Source: Octopus bimaculoides
Taxonomy: Eukaryota
Length of the DNA: 53,123 nucleotides
Direction: 5' to 3'
Assembly: GCF_001194135.2 (NCBI RefSeq)
Contig: NC_068985.1
Location: 108,445,252-108,498,374 of the forward strand
Positions 38,241 through 51,030 of this stretch are shown here, piece by piece. Each line of letters begins with the position of its first letter. The first letter of the stretch is position 1. The notes under the pieces were generated by a model. The model was not told the origin of the DNA. It saw only the letters and a program-made list of their open reading frames with translations, and did not search any database. The position numbers were made by a program, and so were the translations under genes.

Positions 38241-40592
38241 GCGGGACTTAAGGATAAACCACAGGATACATCATAACGTACTGCAGTGTTGGGTTATGTA
38301 GCTTTTGATATTCGTAAAATACTGGCCTTATTCCGCGTGAAGTTAATTATATCCCCCTGATTTCTCTCTGTCCTTTTCTAAATGAGCGTGCTCATTCAAA
38401 TGTCGATGACTTCGAACGCGAATACTAAACAGTCTTGTTGGTTTTACAAGCTTGATAAATGGCGAAACAGATTAACATTCCTGCCAGGAGACCTTTGGAA
38501 ATTATATTTCACAAGGGCTTTTGTGGTTTTTATTGATAATAACTCAACGCACTTAACTGATCGAGTGTTATGCTACTTGTGGGACTTCATACCGCACACG
38601 TATTAGACATACAAAAATACATACATACATAAATGCACACGCCCATATGCGTGTGTATGTGTGTGTGTGTATGTGTGTATGTGTGTGTATACATACTGAA
38701 AATAATCTGGATTTAACCCACAAAGAGTTTAAAAGCTGCAACAACGCTCCATCATCGGCACTTTATTCTGAAGATGAAGACGGAAGGACCTGACAAAATT
38801 TATAGACTTAGAAATATTTCTGTTCCTAGATAAGCAAAAATTACGAAAGGAAATATTTAAAACAGAAAAAATATATAATTAACATTCAATGAAGTTGTGT
38901 TTTGGATACAGCATATTTGAATGGAAAGCTGTTCAACACACACGCATACACACACACACACACACACAACACACACACACGCACGCACACATACGTATAT
39001 ATATATTCATATTTATATGTTGACCCAATAGAGCATTATAGAATATTATGGAATATTGTTCTACCAGGGACATTAAAATTATTGTAGCTCCGAATATATT
39101 AGTGTATATTAAATGATACGTATATATATATANNNNNNNNNNNNNNNNNNNNNNNNNNNNNNNNNNNNNNNNNNNNNNNNNNNNNNNNNNNNNNNNNNNN
39201 NNNNNNNNNNNNNNNNNNNNNNNNNNNNNNNNNNNNNNNNNNNNNNNNNNNNNNNNNNNNNNNNNNNNNNNNNNNNNNNNNNNNNNNNNNNNNNNNNNNN
39301 NNNNNNNNNNNNNNNNNNNNNNNNNNNNNNNNNNNNNNNNNNNNNNNNNNNNNNNNNNNNNNNNNNNNNNNNNNNNNNNNNNNNNNNNNNNNNNNNNNNN
39401 NNNNNNNNNNNNNNNNNNNNNNNNNNNNNNNNNNNNNNNNNNNNNNNNNNNNNNNNNNNNNNNNNNNNNNNNNNNNNNNNNNNNNNNATATATGCATACA
39501 TACATACGTATGTCTCTGTGTGCTGACGAACGTAATTCTGTGAGTATCTGTGTCTCATCAATAGACATGTAGCCCGTACTTGATAACTTGCCATGTTATA
39601 AAGAGTTAAGGTAATATAAAGTCATAAATTCAAGCATGCATCACCACTTCACATATGCAAATATTATCAAACGCAAAAATACAGACAATCCAACGCACAT
39701 ATATTCTATACTCACATACAAGCACACTAATAAACACGATATAATATCTGTTTATGAACGAATATCTCAGCATGTATCATTCTCTAAAAGCATCAAAACG
39801 CCACTATGGTTTCTTTCCGTTTCTATTTCAAAGAATTTACTAAAACATCAGAGTCTTCATAGCATTCCATATTCTTTATAAAGATTGGTTCTGCTTTCTT
39901 CATATTTACTTACAATAAAGTACTTACAGCCTCTTAGTAAATGTGAGATTTGTATTTCTTTACTCTGCTTCTTTCAATATACGTTGGCATAGTTTCGATG
40001 TTTTCAAATCATGTGCTTTCCGGTTTTATTTTCTACTAGCTAACCCCATGGATAGTTGTGTGAATGTGTGCGCCAAGGGCGCTCATATGTGTTTGAGTTT
40101 CTGTATATGCTGCAGTGTACGTTTGAATGTCTCTACCTCTCTCTCTACCGTACAAATACCTGTATCATCTCTAGTTCACGACGTAACAGATTGTTTATAA
40201 AAGAGAAATCTATCGTTAGCATTGTAATATAATAGGCATTTTCACCGGTTTGTAGGTAAGCAGTAACTAAGTTACCCTTTTCTACACGCATATATATATA
40301 TATATNNNNNNNNNNNNNNNNNNNNNNNNNNNNNNNNNNNNNNNNNNNNNNNNNNNNNNNNNNNNNNNNNNNNNNNNNNNNNNNNNNNNNNNNNNNNNNN
40401 NNNNNTATCGACATAAATAAAATTACACGTAATATAATCATCCTCATCATCATAATAATCACTACCATCACCACCATCACCACCATCACCATCACCAATA
40501 ACAACTATGCGTCTACAGCTATTTGTAACTTCACCATTGCAATCGCTACCTTCGTAATATCACCAACCCAACTATAAACAACAACAACAACG

Positions 40593-40626
<34 letters not shown>

Positions 40627-40813
40627 AAACACCTACAACAACAACAATAACAGTGATAACAACAGAGTCATTGTTAAAGAGTCAAAAGAAGGAAAAGCAT
40701 CGTCTATACCCCTTTTTGAGGATGGACTTTCACTCACAAGAGTTTGAACAAATTGTGAGCAGAGTGGGAGTCAATTACGATGAAACGCAGTGGAATTGAA
40801 CGTNNNNNNNNNN

Positions 40814-41192
40814 ACTCCGTCGCTTACGACGTCGAAGGTTCCAGTTGATCCGATCAACGGAACAGCCTGCTCGTGAAATTAACGTGCAAGTGGCTGAGCA
40901 CTCCACAGACACGTGAACCCTTAACGTAGTTCTCGGGGAAATTCAGCGTGGCACAGTGTGACAAGGCTGGCCCCTTTGAATTACAGGTACGACAGAAACA
41001 GGAAGTAAGAGGGAGAGAAAGTTGTGGTGAAAGAGTGCAGCAGAGTTCGCCACCCTCCCTTGCCGAAGCCTCGTGGAGCTTTAAGTGTTTTTGCTCAATA
41101 AACACTCACAACGACCGGTCTGGGAATCGAAACCGCGATCCTATGACTGCGAGTCCGCTGCCCTAACCACTGGGCCATTGCGCCTCCTCACA
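40814..41192 (-). mobile_element. SINE family B copy
   Basis: Near-identical to the 7671 and 11285 copies. Confidence 0.9.
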
Positions 41193-42213
41193 CTGAAGGT
41201 AGCAAAGTATAATATCTTACTTCATTCAGATGATTATGTGGGTGTGTCGTGTATGCATATTTATATATTCTTATCTATGTAGAGCCATAACAGCAAGCAT
41301 TGTCTCATATATATATAACCGATAATATGCTATCTATGTAACATATTATACTATCGTAATGAATATGGTGTTATGTTAAATAGGTATCCAATTGTACCAT
41401 AGCAACAGACATGTTGTTTATTCATGAACACTAAATATCCAGGCAGTAGACTTGACCTCCGACCTTCGGATACTAAGTTTTGGGAAATGTTCAGTACATC
41501 TGTATACTTTATCACTGATTCATACAACACCGGTCTGAGATGACACGGTACACTCAATTGCGAACCACGTTACGCTTATCACGAACTGATCTGTGATAAC
41601 ACGGGTCTGCAATCAGTCAAAGACTGCTTATTTTGATATATTTCAGTCATATATTTTTTTATTAACAGAGCAAATTTTATTAAATTTTTCTTTAAATATT
41701 TTTCCAAACCTGAAACAATATCATTATGTAAATTAAAAAAAACCCAACTATTTGAAGGTGATAATTTGGTAAGATAGAGAAACGATTTGGGGTTTCGGAA
41801 AGAAACCTATTATTTCCTTTTGTTCTATTATTCATTTATCACTGATTTATTTAACACGGTGTTTTTGTAACCAGACAGACGTGATAAACGAGAATAGATG
41901 TATATGAGAGCTTACATTATAACATATTAACCCACGTCAGAGCCTATACCACAGCGTGGCATAAACAATGGTATAATATATAAGATATCATACACACTAT
42001 ATCATATACGATATCGTATTCAATAAAATGTTCTATAATGTAAAACGTAACCACAATACATAGCATAGTATATATTGTCTCTCTTTCTCTCTCTCTCCGT
42101 CCCTCTCTTCCTCTCTTCCTCCCTCCCTCTCTCCCTCCCTCCCTCTCTCTCACCACAAACACATACACATACACACATTCATATGTACATATATGCACAC
42201 GCGCGTACATATG

Positions 42214-42250
<37 letters not shown>

Positions 42251-42732
42251 ACACACGCATATATATATATATATATGCGTGTGTGTGTGTGTGTGTGTAT
42301 AATTAAAAGGGCATATTTAACTAGTTTCTCAGTAGATTAAAGAAATGATAGACAACCTTAACAACCTTAATCGATTCTCGAGCCTTAATAAGTTCTTATC
42401 AAAGGCGTTTATCTTAATTTGATCAATCTCAGCACAACAAACAACCAATAATTTTCTGCTCAACAAATACGGTAGCTACAGATAACTGGGGCTATTGATT
42501 TGCATACCGTAATTGTTAGCTATTTAATATCAGGGGTGAGTGAATTTAGTAGACGGAAATTTCGTAATGGAATTCAGTCGTCTCTGCCGCTCTCTCTCTC
42601 TCTCACTTTCCCTCCCTTTTTTTGGTCAATTTCAAGTAGTCCTTTGACTCCTATAACTCAAGCACGCCTATGACTCAAACAAGTAAAAGATAAAGATACA
42701 TATCTTTTATCTTTTAATTGTATGTATGTATA

Positions 42733-43375
42733 GGCGCAGGAGTGGCTATGTGGTAAGTAGCTTGCTTACCAACCACATGATTCTGGGTTCAGTCTCACTG
42801 CGTGGCACCTTGGTCAAGTGTCTTCTACTATAGCCTCGCGTCGGCCAAAGCCTTGTGAGTGGATTGGCAGACGGAAACCGAAGAAGGCGCCGAGCTGGCA
42901 GAAACGTTAGCACGCTGGGCGAAATGCTTAGCGGTATTTCATCTTTTATGTTCTGAGTTCAAGTTCCGCCGAGGTCGACTTTGCCATCATCCTTTCGGGG
43001 TCGATAAATTAAATATCGGTTACGCACTGGGGTCGATGTAATCGACTTAATCCCTTTGTCTGTCCTTGTTTGTCCCCTCTATGATTAGCCCCTTGTGGGC
43101 AATAAAGAAATAGGAAACTGAAGGAAGCTCGTCGTATATATGTATATGTATATGCATATAAATGTGTGTGTGGTTGTGTATCAGTGTTTGTCCCCCGAAC
43201 ATCGCTTGACAACCGATGCTGGTGTGTTTACGTCCTTGTAACTTAGCGGTTCGGCAAAAGAGACCTATAGAATAAGTACTAGGCTTGCAAAGAATAAGGC
43301 CTGGGATCGATTTGCTCGACTAAAGGCGGTGCTCCAGCATGGTCACAGTCAAATGATTAAAACAAGTAAAAGAGT
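42733..43375 (+). mobile_element. Full-length SINE family C containing a nested family A SINE (42884-43112)
   Basis: The family C body is split at ggaaac(c/t)gaag, duplicated at 42873-42883 and 43113-43123. Tail ctccagcatggtcacagtcaaatgattaaaacaagtaaaaga. Confidence 0.9.
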
Positions 43376-44001
43376 ATGTATATATGCATGTATGTATATA
43401 TGTATGTAGGTATGTATGTATATATACATATACATGCATACATACATACCTGCATAAATACATACATACATACATGATGAGTTGACTTACAATCACATAC
43501 GACTGTCAGTTCATGTATATTTGATGTGCTCGTTCAAAGAATATTTGTGATGGAATCTTTAAAGTAGACGTTCAAATTGCTAAGATTATCACCCAAATCT
43601 CTTTTATACAACACTGTACCAATTTAAGGAAAGAAACGATACAATGCATTATGTAGTCCTAGTTAAAGTATATTGGACTCTCTTCAGCAAAAACAAGTAA
43701 ATGAATAAATGAATGAATGAATGAATAAATAAGTAGATAGCTAAATACAAGACTTTGAATGCTTTTGCAGTGATCAGAAGTCTGCTAAGTCTAAAGTTAG
43801 TATTAAACAACAACAACATAACATTAACAGAGGCAACCACATATAACCCGGACTGCCTTTGCTACTTAGTGTTATTTATAAATAAAAACAAATCAGAACT
43901 TTATTTCCATTTACTGATATAAATAATAGCGTGGAAGGTATTTATAAGCCATTTAAGAAACACACAAAAACCGTTAGATTCACTTCAACATCTAAATTTA
44001 A

Positions 44002-44052
44002 TTTGCCAAAATATTTTCGTCGCTTTGAGATCGCGACCTGTTCACTGACAAA
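44002..44052 (-). ncRNA. Type I minimal hammerhead ribozyme motif with G3:C8 core variant, probably from a Penelope-type repeat
   Basis: Minus strand UUUGUCA-GUGAACA-G-GUCGC-gaucucaaa-GCGAC-GAA-AAUAUU-U-UGGCAAA: stem I of 7 bp, stem II of 5 bp, and a palindromic stem III. Confidence 0.7.
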
Positions 44053-44099
44053 ATTCCGTACTAAATAGTTTTAATATAAAATATGAATAAAAATGTTAA

Positions 44100-44680
44100 A
44101 CTCTTACTCACCAACAGAGTACAAAATTAGAAAAGATTCGCTCGCTAACATATTACAAACTGAGCAAAGATTCGCTCACCAATGCACAATGAAGGTTCGC
44201 TCACCAGTACAGTACAATGTTAGTAAATTTTCGCTCACTAGCACATTGCAAACTTCGAAAATATTCGCTCACCAATATAGTACAATTTTAACAAATGACC
44301 ACTCATCATTGAATAACATCTTTGCTGAGATTCGCTCATCAATACAGTATAATATTCTTAAAATTTCGTTTATTAATACACTATAATTATGGGAAAGATT
44401 CGCTCACTATTACAGTACAATTTCAGTAAAGTCTCGCTCACTAACACACTGCAAACGTCGAAGAGATATAATACAATAGAATACAACTTTAACAAAGAAT
44501 TACTCGTCACTACTTTCAGAATCCGCAAAGATTCGCGTACCAATACAGAACAATGTTAGTAAAATTTCGCTCATTAACACTGCAAACTTCGAAAAGATTT
44601 GCTCACCGCTACAGTACGATTTTAGCAAAAATTCACACGTCACTACATTCAAACATAGCAAAAATTCATTGGAAACTCAA
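44100..44680. repeat. Diverged minisatellite of about 33-35-bp units with four-unit higher-order structure
   Basis: Recurring ttcgctcac core; unit types alternate A-B-C-D with a period of about 134 bp. Confidence 0.85.
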
Positions 44681-45231
44681 AAAGTATATTTATCAATATT
44701 CCACAGATTTAACAAAAAGTCGAAATTATAAAAAAAATTTTAAGGCACCCGTATTTTTGGGAAAGAATTTGAAAATAACAAAATGATATTATTTTAGAGG
44801 CCGTTACCATGTTTATTATTAACTTTTTTGAACAAATGAATAGGATTTTCGTCATCGAAATGCTAAGCTACATCAGAATAGAACACTGGAAAAAATTCTG
44901 GTGCTTGGAATGAATTTATAAGATCCAAGATTTGCACACAAGTAGGCAACAAATAAACTAAAGACCTACAACATCGATTTCCCTAACCTTTGATTCCAAA
45001 GTCATTTCAGATTATTGGTTTTTCCAAAGCAGGAGTGCTCACCTTGATCAACTCACATTAAATTAACAAATATTAACTTTACTTAATTAAATGAAATGCA
45101 GGCGCTTATAAGTTAGTGGAAATTAACGTGGATCATAAGAGGTTCCTGGCCATACTTGCACGGAAAGTCGATGTTGTGCTTGTAGAGTATGCACTCATAA
45201 TGCATAAACTAGTCGCGGGCGGGACTAATAA

Positions 45232-45380
45232 GCGTAGGCGAGGCTGTGTAGTAAGAAGTTTGATTCCCAAGACATGGGTTCGTGTTCAGTATCAGTGAGT
45301 GGATCTTGGGCAAGTGTCATCCACTACAGGCATGGAACGACCAAAACCAAGGCTTATAAGAGAACTTGACAGACGGGTAC
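45232..45380 (+). mobile_element. Old family-C-related SINE 5' part
   Basis: gcgaggctgtgtagtaagaagttt ... gatcttgggcaagtgtc. Confidence 0.65.
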
Positions 45381-45425
45381 CAAAATATCTATATATACAT
45401 ACGTATTTATATACGGACATATAAG

Positions 45426-45466
<41 letters not shown>

Positions 45467-45483
45467 GTATATATTTAAATAAA

Positions 45484-45521
<38 letters not shown>

Positions 45522-45538
45522 CATATATACAAATATAC

Positions 45539-45572
<34 letters not shown>

Positions 45573-45582
45573 NNNNNNNNNN

Positions 45583-45615
<33 letters not shown>

Positions 45616-45649
45616 TATAATTTCACATACTATCTTATTTGTCTATGTA

Positions 45650-46883
45650 TCAAGCTGAGTAAAATTTAGCAACGTTTTGAAGGAATTTCTTCCAGAATTT
45701 TGCAATTGTCTGATAATAAAGACATAGACTTGCCCAGATGCATCAATAAATTAACATTGATACTCTTTTTCACCGTTGTTACAATCATCTGAAATGGGAC
45801 TGTTAAAGCGTGATAATTGAGCAATTTTGCTATTCAACTTCAAGTAAAGGACGTAAAGCAGCTGAAACTGCTCGCGATATCACGAAACGTTTGGTGGGGA
45901 AATGATCAGTGAATTGTTAGCTTGAAAATGGTTTAAACGATTTCGCAGTGGAGACCTGAGCTTTGAAGATCATGAGCGTAGTGGACGCCCATCTGTCATC
46001 GATGACGGTCAACTAAAGACCGTCACTAAGAAAGATTCACGTAAAACTACTCGAGAACTGGCAAAATAACTTCAAGTTAACTAGGAAACTGCCTGCAACC
46101 ATCTGCATGCGATCGGAAAACCAAAAAAGCTCGATAAATGAGCACCACACGATTTGAATGAAAATCAGAAACTGCTCAGATATAAAATTTGCTCGTCGCT
46201 TCTTCTCTGTAAGCAGACTGATCCCTTTCTCAGCCGTATTGTAATTTGCGATGAAAAGTGGAGTCTGTACAATAATAAAAAACGTTCTTCGCAGTGGTTG
46301 GACCAAAATGAAGCTCCAAAATCCTTCCCTAAACCCGAGCTCTTCAAAAAAGAATGTTATGGTGACTGTTTGGTGGTGTGCTGCTTGACCCATCCACCAT
46401 AACTTCTTAAAACCCCGAAAAACCATTACTGCAGAAACACATTGCCAAATGAACGAAAAACTGCTACTCCTCCATCCCAGACTGGTCAACAGAAGAGGGC
46501 CAATCAACCTCCATGACAATGCTTGACCACACGTTTCACTAATGATGCTCCAGAAGTTGAGGGAACTTGGCTGCGAAGTTCTTCCCCACCCAACTTATTT
46601 CCGAGACCTTTCTCCTACCGACTACAACTTTTTCAAGTACCTTGATGGTTTCCTGCGAGAGGAGTTCAAAAATCAAACCGATACTGAAAATGGTTCAAAA
46701 AGTTCATCAACTCCAGAACTCCCAAACCTTTATGTTACCAGACTAAACAAACTTGTAACTCGTTGGCAAAAAATGTGTCGATTGTAATGGTACTTACTTT
46801 GATGAATAAAATTTCTACATTACTGAAATATATTGTGATAAATTTCATGTTTCAAAATGTTGGTTACTTTTTACTCAACCTGA
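45650..46883 (+). mobile_element. Full-length (1234 bp) inactive mariner transposon, cecropia/Hsmar1-like
   Basis: TA flanks (45648-49, 46884-85) and imperfect TIRs tcaagctgagtaaaa / tttactcaacctga. The broken transposase starts at about 45794 and shows RKAAETAR, ERSGRPS, RIVICDEKW, LHDNA*PH, LPHPTYFRDLSPTDY and LVTRWQK. Confidence 0.93.
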
Positions 46884-47562
46884 TATAAGAATGTATATAT
46901 ATATATATATTTATATATACCTTATGTAATTGATACACGAAGCAGTGATGGGAATTAAACAAATTTTCAGATGAGTTAAAATATGTTTAGGACATAACTG
47001 ACTTGTAAAAACACCTGTTGCCTAAAACGAGAATGTCCTCTTTGCCAAATCGGAATGAAAACAGCTTTTGCACAGGTCTAACATTTCTCCCGAAACATTT
47101 GAACTCATCTAAAAATATTTGAACTGATATACTTGCATATATATATATATATATATATANNNNNNNNNNNNNNNNNNNNNNNNNNNNNNNNNNNNNNNNN
47201 NNNNNNNNNNNNNNNNNNNNNNNNNNNNNNNNNNNNNNNNNNNNNNNNNNNNNNNNNNNNNNNNNNNNNNNNNNNNNNNNNNNNNNNNNNNNNNNNNNNN
47301 NNNNNNNNNNNNNNNNNNNNNNNNNNNNNNNNNNNNNNNNNNNNNNNNNNNNNNNNNNNNNNNNNNNNNNNNNNNNNNNNNNNNNNNNNNNNNNNNNNNN
47401 NNNNNNNNNNNNNNNNNNNNNNNNNNNNNNNNNNNNNNNNNNNNNNNNNNNNNNNNNNNNNNNNNNNNNNNNNNNNNNNNNNNNNNNNNNNNNNNNNNNN
47501 NNNNNNNNNNNNNNNNNNNNNNNNNNNNNNNNNNNNNNNNNNNNNNNNNNNNNNNNNNNNNN

Positions 47563-47618
<56 letters not shown>

Positions 47619-48115
47619 GTGTGTGTGTGTGTGTGTGTGTATATAAATACATACATATGCATGCAGACGTATGTCTCATCTCTCTCTCTCTTCCTCAGTG
47701 TGTTTGTCCCGCTGTCTGTCTAGCTGTCTGTCTGTTTGTCGGTCTCTCTCTCTATCAATCTATCTATCTATCTAACGATGTATTTATATACGCATGGGTG
47801 TGTGCTTGAGAATGTATGTACCTGTGTGGTATATCAACCATGCTTTAATTTTGCCGTTAAAAAGCAAATCGTACGAGTTACTTACTTGTTGACTCACCAA
47901 AGAAGAAAAAGCATGGGATAGTCATGGCTTTCATTATATGTCTTTCCCATCGGAACTAGCCTGTTATTAAACAAATTTATAAATAAAAAAAATTAAAAGC
48001 AGATTGAAATTATCTTCTCTACGTAAGCTTGAAACACTAATCTCTTTTATCACTCGATGGCATTAACCGCTTGTTGCATCTGCACACGTGTAAGTATAAA
48101 TCCATATAAGTGTAC

Positions 48116-48172
<57 letters not shown>

Positions 48173-48534
48173 CACACACACATACACACACGCACACACA
48201 AAACCTTTTTTTTACGGTAAATATAAGTTAAGCACATTTTGGGACACAAATACAGACCCGCACATATACGTGTGTGTGTGTGTACGTATGGAGGGTTGTT
48301 TTGTTGTATGTATGTCGGATGTACACATACACACGCACACACGCGCACAAACACACACATACCCAAATACACGAACAGAGAGAAAAAGAGAGAACGAACG
48401 CAACAGAGTGAGAGAGAGAAAGAGAGAGAGTGAGAGAGAAAGAGAGAGAGTGAGAGAGAAAGAGAGAGAGTGAGAGAGAAAGAGATAGAGAAGGGGGAAA
48501 GAAAGGGAGATATTGATATGTGTTCTTAAATGTA

Positions 48535-48705
48535 TTAACCCTTTTCATACCAACTTCCCTGAGATGGCTGTTGGTCCTACGATGTATCTTCTTGTTTTAA
48601 AATGATCCAAATTTAAACATTCCATGAAAATTTCAGATTAATTTATGTTCCAGACACCGGGTTAATCGTGTCAAAGTTATTTTACTGAATTCTTTATAAT
48701 TGTCA
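48535..48705 (+). mobile_element. Possible piggyBac-type non-autonomous element end, running into a gap
   Basis: Starts TTAA|CCCTTTT; only one end is visible. Confidence 0.3.
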
Positions 48706-49389
48706 NNNNNNNNNNNNNNNNNNNNNNNNNNNNNNNNNNNNNNNNNNNNNNNNNNNNNNNNNNNNNNNNNNNNNNNNNNNNNNNNNNNNNNNNNNNNNNN
48801 NNNNNNNNNNNNNNNNNNNNNNNNNNNNNNNNNNNNNNNNNNNNNNNNNNNNNNNNNNNNNNNNNNNNNNNNNNNNNNNNNNNNNNNNNNNNNNNNNNNN
48901 NNNNNNNNNNNNNNNNNNNNNNNNNNNNNNNNNNNNNNNNNNNNNNNNNNNNNNNNNNNNNNNNNNNNNNNNNNNNNNNNNNNNNNNNNNNNNNNNNNNN
49001 NNNNNNNNNNNNNNNNNNNNNNNNNNNNNNNNNNNNNNNNNNNNNNNNNNNNNNNNNNNNNNNNNNNNNNNNNNNNNNNNNNNNNNNNNNNNNNNNNNNN
49101 NNNNNNNNNNNNNNNNNNNNNNNNNNNNNNNNNNNNNNNNNNNNNNNNNNNNNNNNNNNNNNNNNNNNNNNNNNNNNNNNNNNNNNNNNNNNNNNNNNNN
49201 NNNNNNNNNNNNNNNNNNNNNNNNNNNNNNNNNNNNNNNNNNNNNNNNNNNNNNNNNNNNNNNNNNNNNNNNNNNNNNNNNNNNNNNNNNNNNNNNNNNN
49301 NNNNNNNNNNNNNNNNNNNNNNNNNNNNNNNNNNNNNNNNNNNNNNNNNNNNNNNNNNNNNNNNNNNNNNNNNNNNNNNNNNNNNNNNC

Positions 49390-49600
49390 TTTAAACGGAA
49401 TCTGGACAAATTTCTTCAAGGAATACCAGATAAGCCACCTATACCTGGATACAATTCACTCAACAAGAACTCCCTACTCTATTGGGCCATGATACCAGAA
49501 AACTTAGCATAAAATAGATTTAGATAATCCTATCGGGTGGTGCTATTAATTTAGACATGGCCTGGACCAATCTTTGGACGAAACATATCTAATCAGAAAA
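49390..49600 (+). mobile_element. CR1-like LINE 3' end
   Basis: FKRNLDKFLQGIPDKPPIPGYNSLNKNSLLYW; same family as 21770-22260. Confidence 0.75.
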
Positions 49601-49904
49601 TGGAGAAAACCTCAGATTAACAAACAGATCGATGTCTGATTATTTTCTCCATCTTTTGATTATTTGCATTGGTTCCTGATAAACTCTTGTTTATCCTGTT
49701 GTTACCTGCACTCTACGTGCATAGTGTGCTTGCACACCAATATCCGGGGATAATACGGATAATGGATAACGATAGTATATACGGATATTTTATCCCTTAG
49801 TCTGTTATTAGAGTGTTACTTTTACGGATATATGATACCTTGACGATATATATTTACATCTATATGTGTGTGTAGGTATGAAATTTAGTGCGTGTATGTG
49901 TGTA

Positions 49905-50255
49905 CTATGTGTGTCCCTTTGTGTTTGTATTTATCCCCCATCACCGCTTGACAACCGGTGTTGGCTTGTTTACGCTTAACGTAGCTATTCCTCCAAGGTG
50001 ATCGATAAAATAAGTACAATACAGTCCAGTGCCTGAAACAAGTAAAATATTAAAGATATAGGCTCCGTGCGCGTGCGCGAAAGCACGGACACATATATAT
50101 AGACAAGATGGGATTTCACAGTTTCGGTTCACCAAATTTCACTCACAAAGAATTATTCATGATTCAAATAATAAAGGAACGCACGTGTCCAAGAGACCAT
50201 TGCGTAGGACTGAAACCGCAAAACACGTGGCTGTGAAATGAACTTCTTAAACACG
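49905..50255. mobile_element. Family C 3' part (plus, 49905-50055) and an old related SINE (minus, 50100-50255)
   Basis: caccgcttgacaaccggtgttgg and ctgaaacaagtaaaa tail; reverse-strand gtgagtgaaatttggtgaaccgaaactgtg. Confidence 0.6.
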
Positions 50256-50457
50256 TTTATAACAGGCTGAAAACTCTGTCTGGGTGTCTATCTATCTGTC
50301 ACTCTTTCTCTCACGCACACACACTTACACACAGACACATACACACACAAATACATACACACACACCACTGCTAAACACGCATGAACAAGTACACACATA
50401 TACACATATATATTATACATCAGTTGATACACAGATGTTTATATAACATTATGTAAT

Positions 50458-50491
<34 letters not shown>

Positions 50492-50521
50492 GAGTGTGTG
50501 TGTGCATATGTGTGTGTATTC

Positions 50522-50583
<62 letters not shown>

Positions 50584-50816
50584 GCACCACATCCACTTGC
50601 GAACAGTGACTCTCACACACATTAGTAAGTTTGTGTGCAAGTGAGTGTGTGTGTGTGTGTGTATGTGTATGTGCATGTGTGTGTGTGTGTGTATTTACAC
50701 ACGCGTAAGTGTATACGTATGTACACATCTATATGTATATATATACAATTAAACAGAGAGGCACACTAAGTGATAGGCATGCTTAGAAAGAAATGAACGA
50801 AGATAGACTGATAGAT

Positions 50817-50818
50817 AA

Positions 50819-50902
<84 letters not shown>

Positions 50903-50906
50903 ATAA

Positions 50907-50946
<40 letters not shown>

Positions 50947-51030
50947 ATAAATAAATAGATAGATAGATAGATAGATGGATGGATGGATGGATGGATGGAT
51001 GGATGGATGGATGGATGGATGGATGGATAG
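50817..51030. repeat. (GATA)n-(GATG)n microsatellite
   Basis: Read directly from the sequence. Confidence 0.97.

Noticed and set aside
38782-38826. Possible decayed hammerhead (ctgacaa...gaaatatttc) after the second Penelope element
   Set aside because: G8 is lost without compensation, and stems I and II pair poorly.
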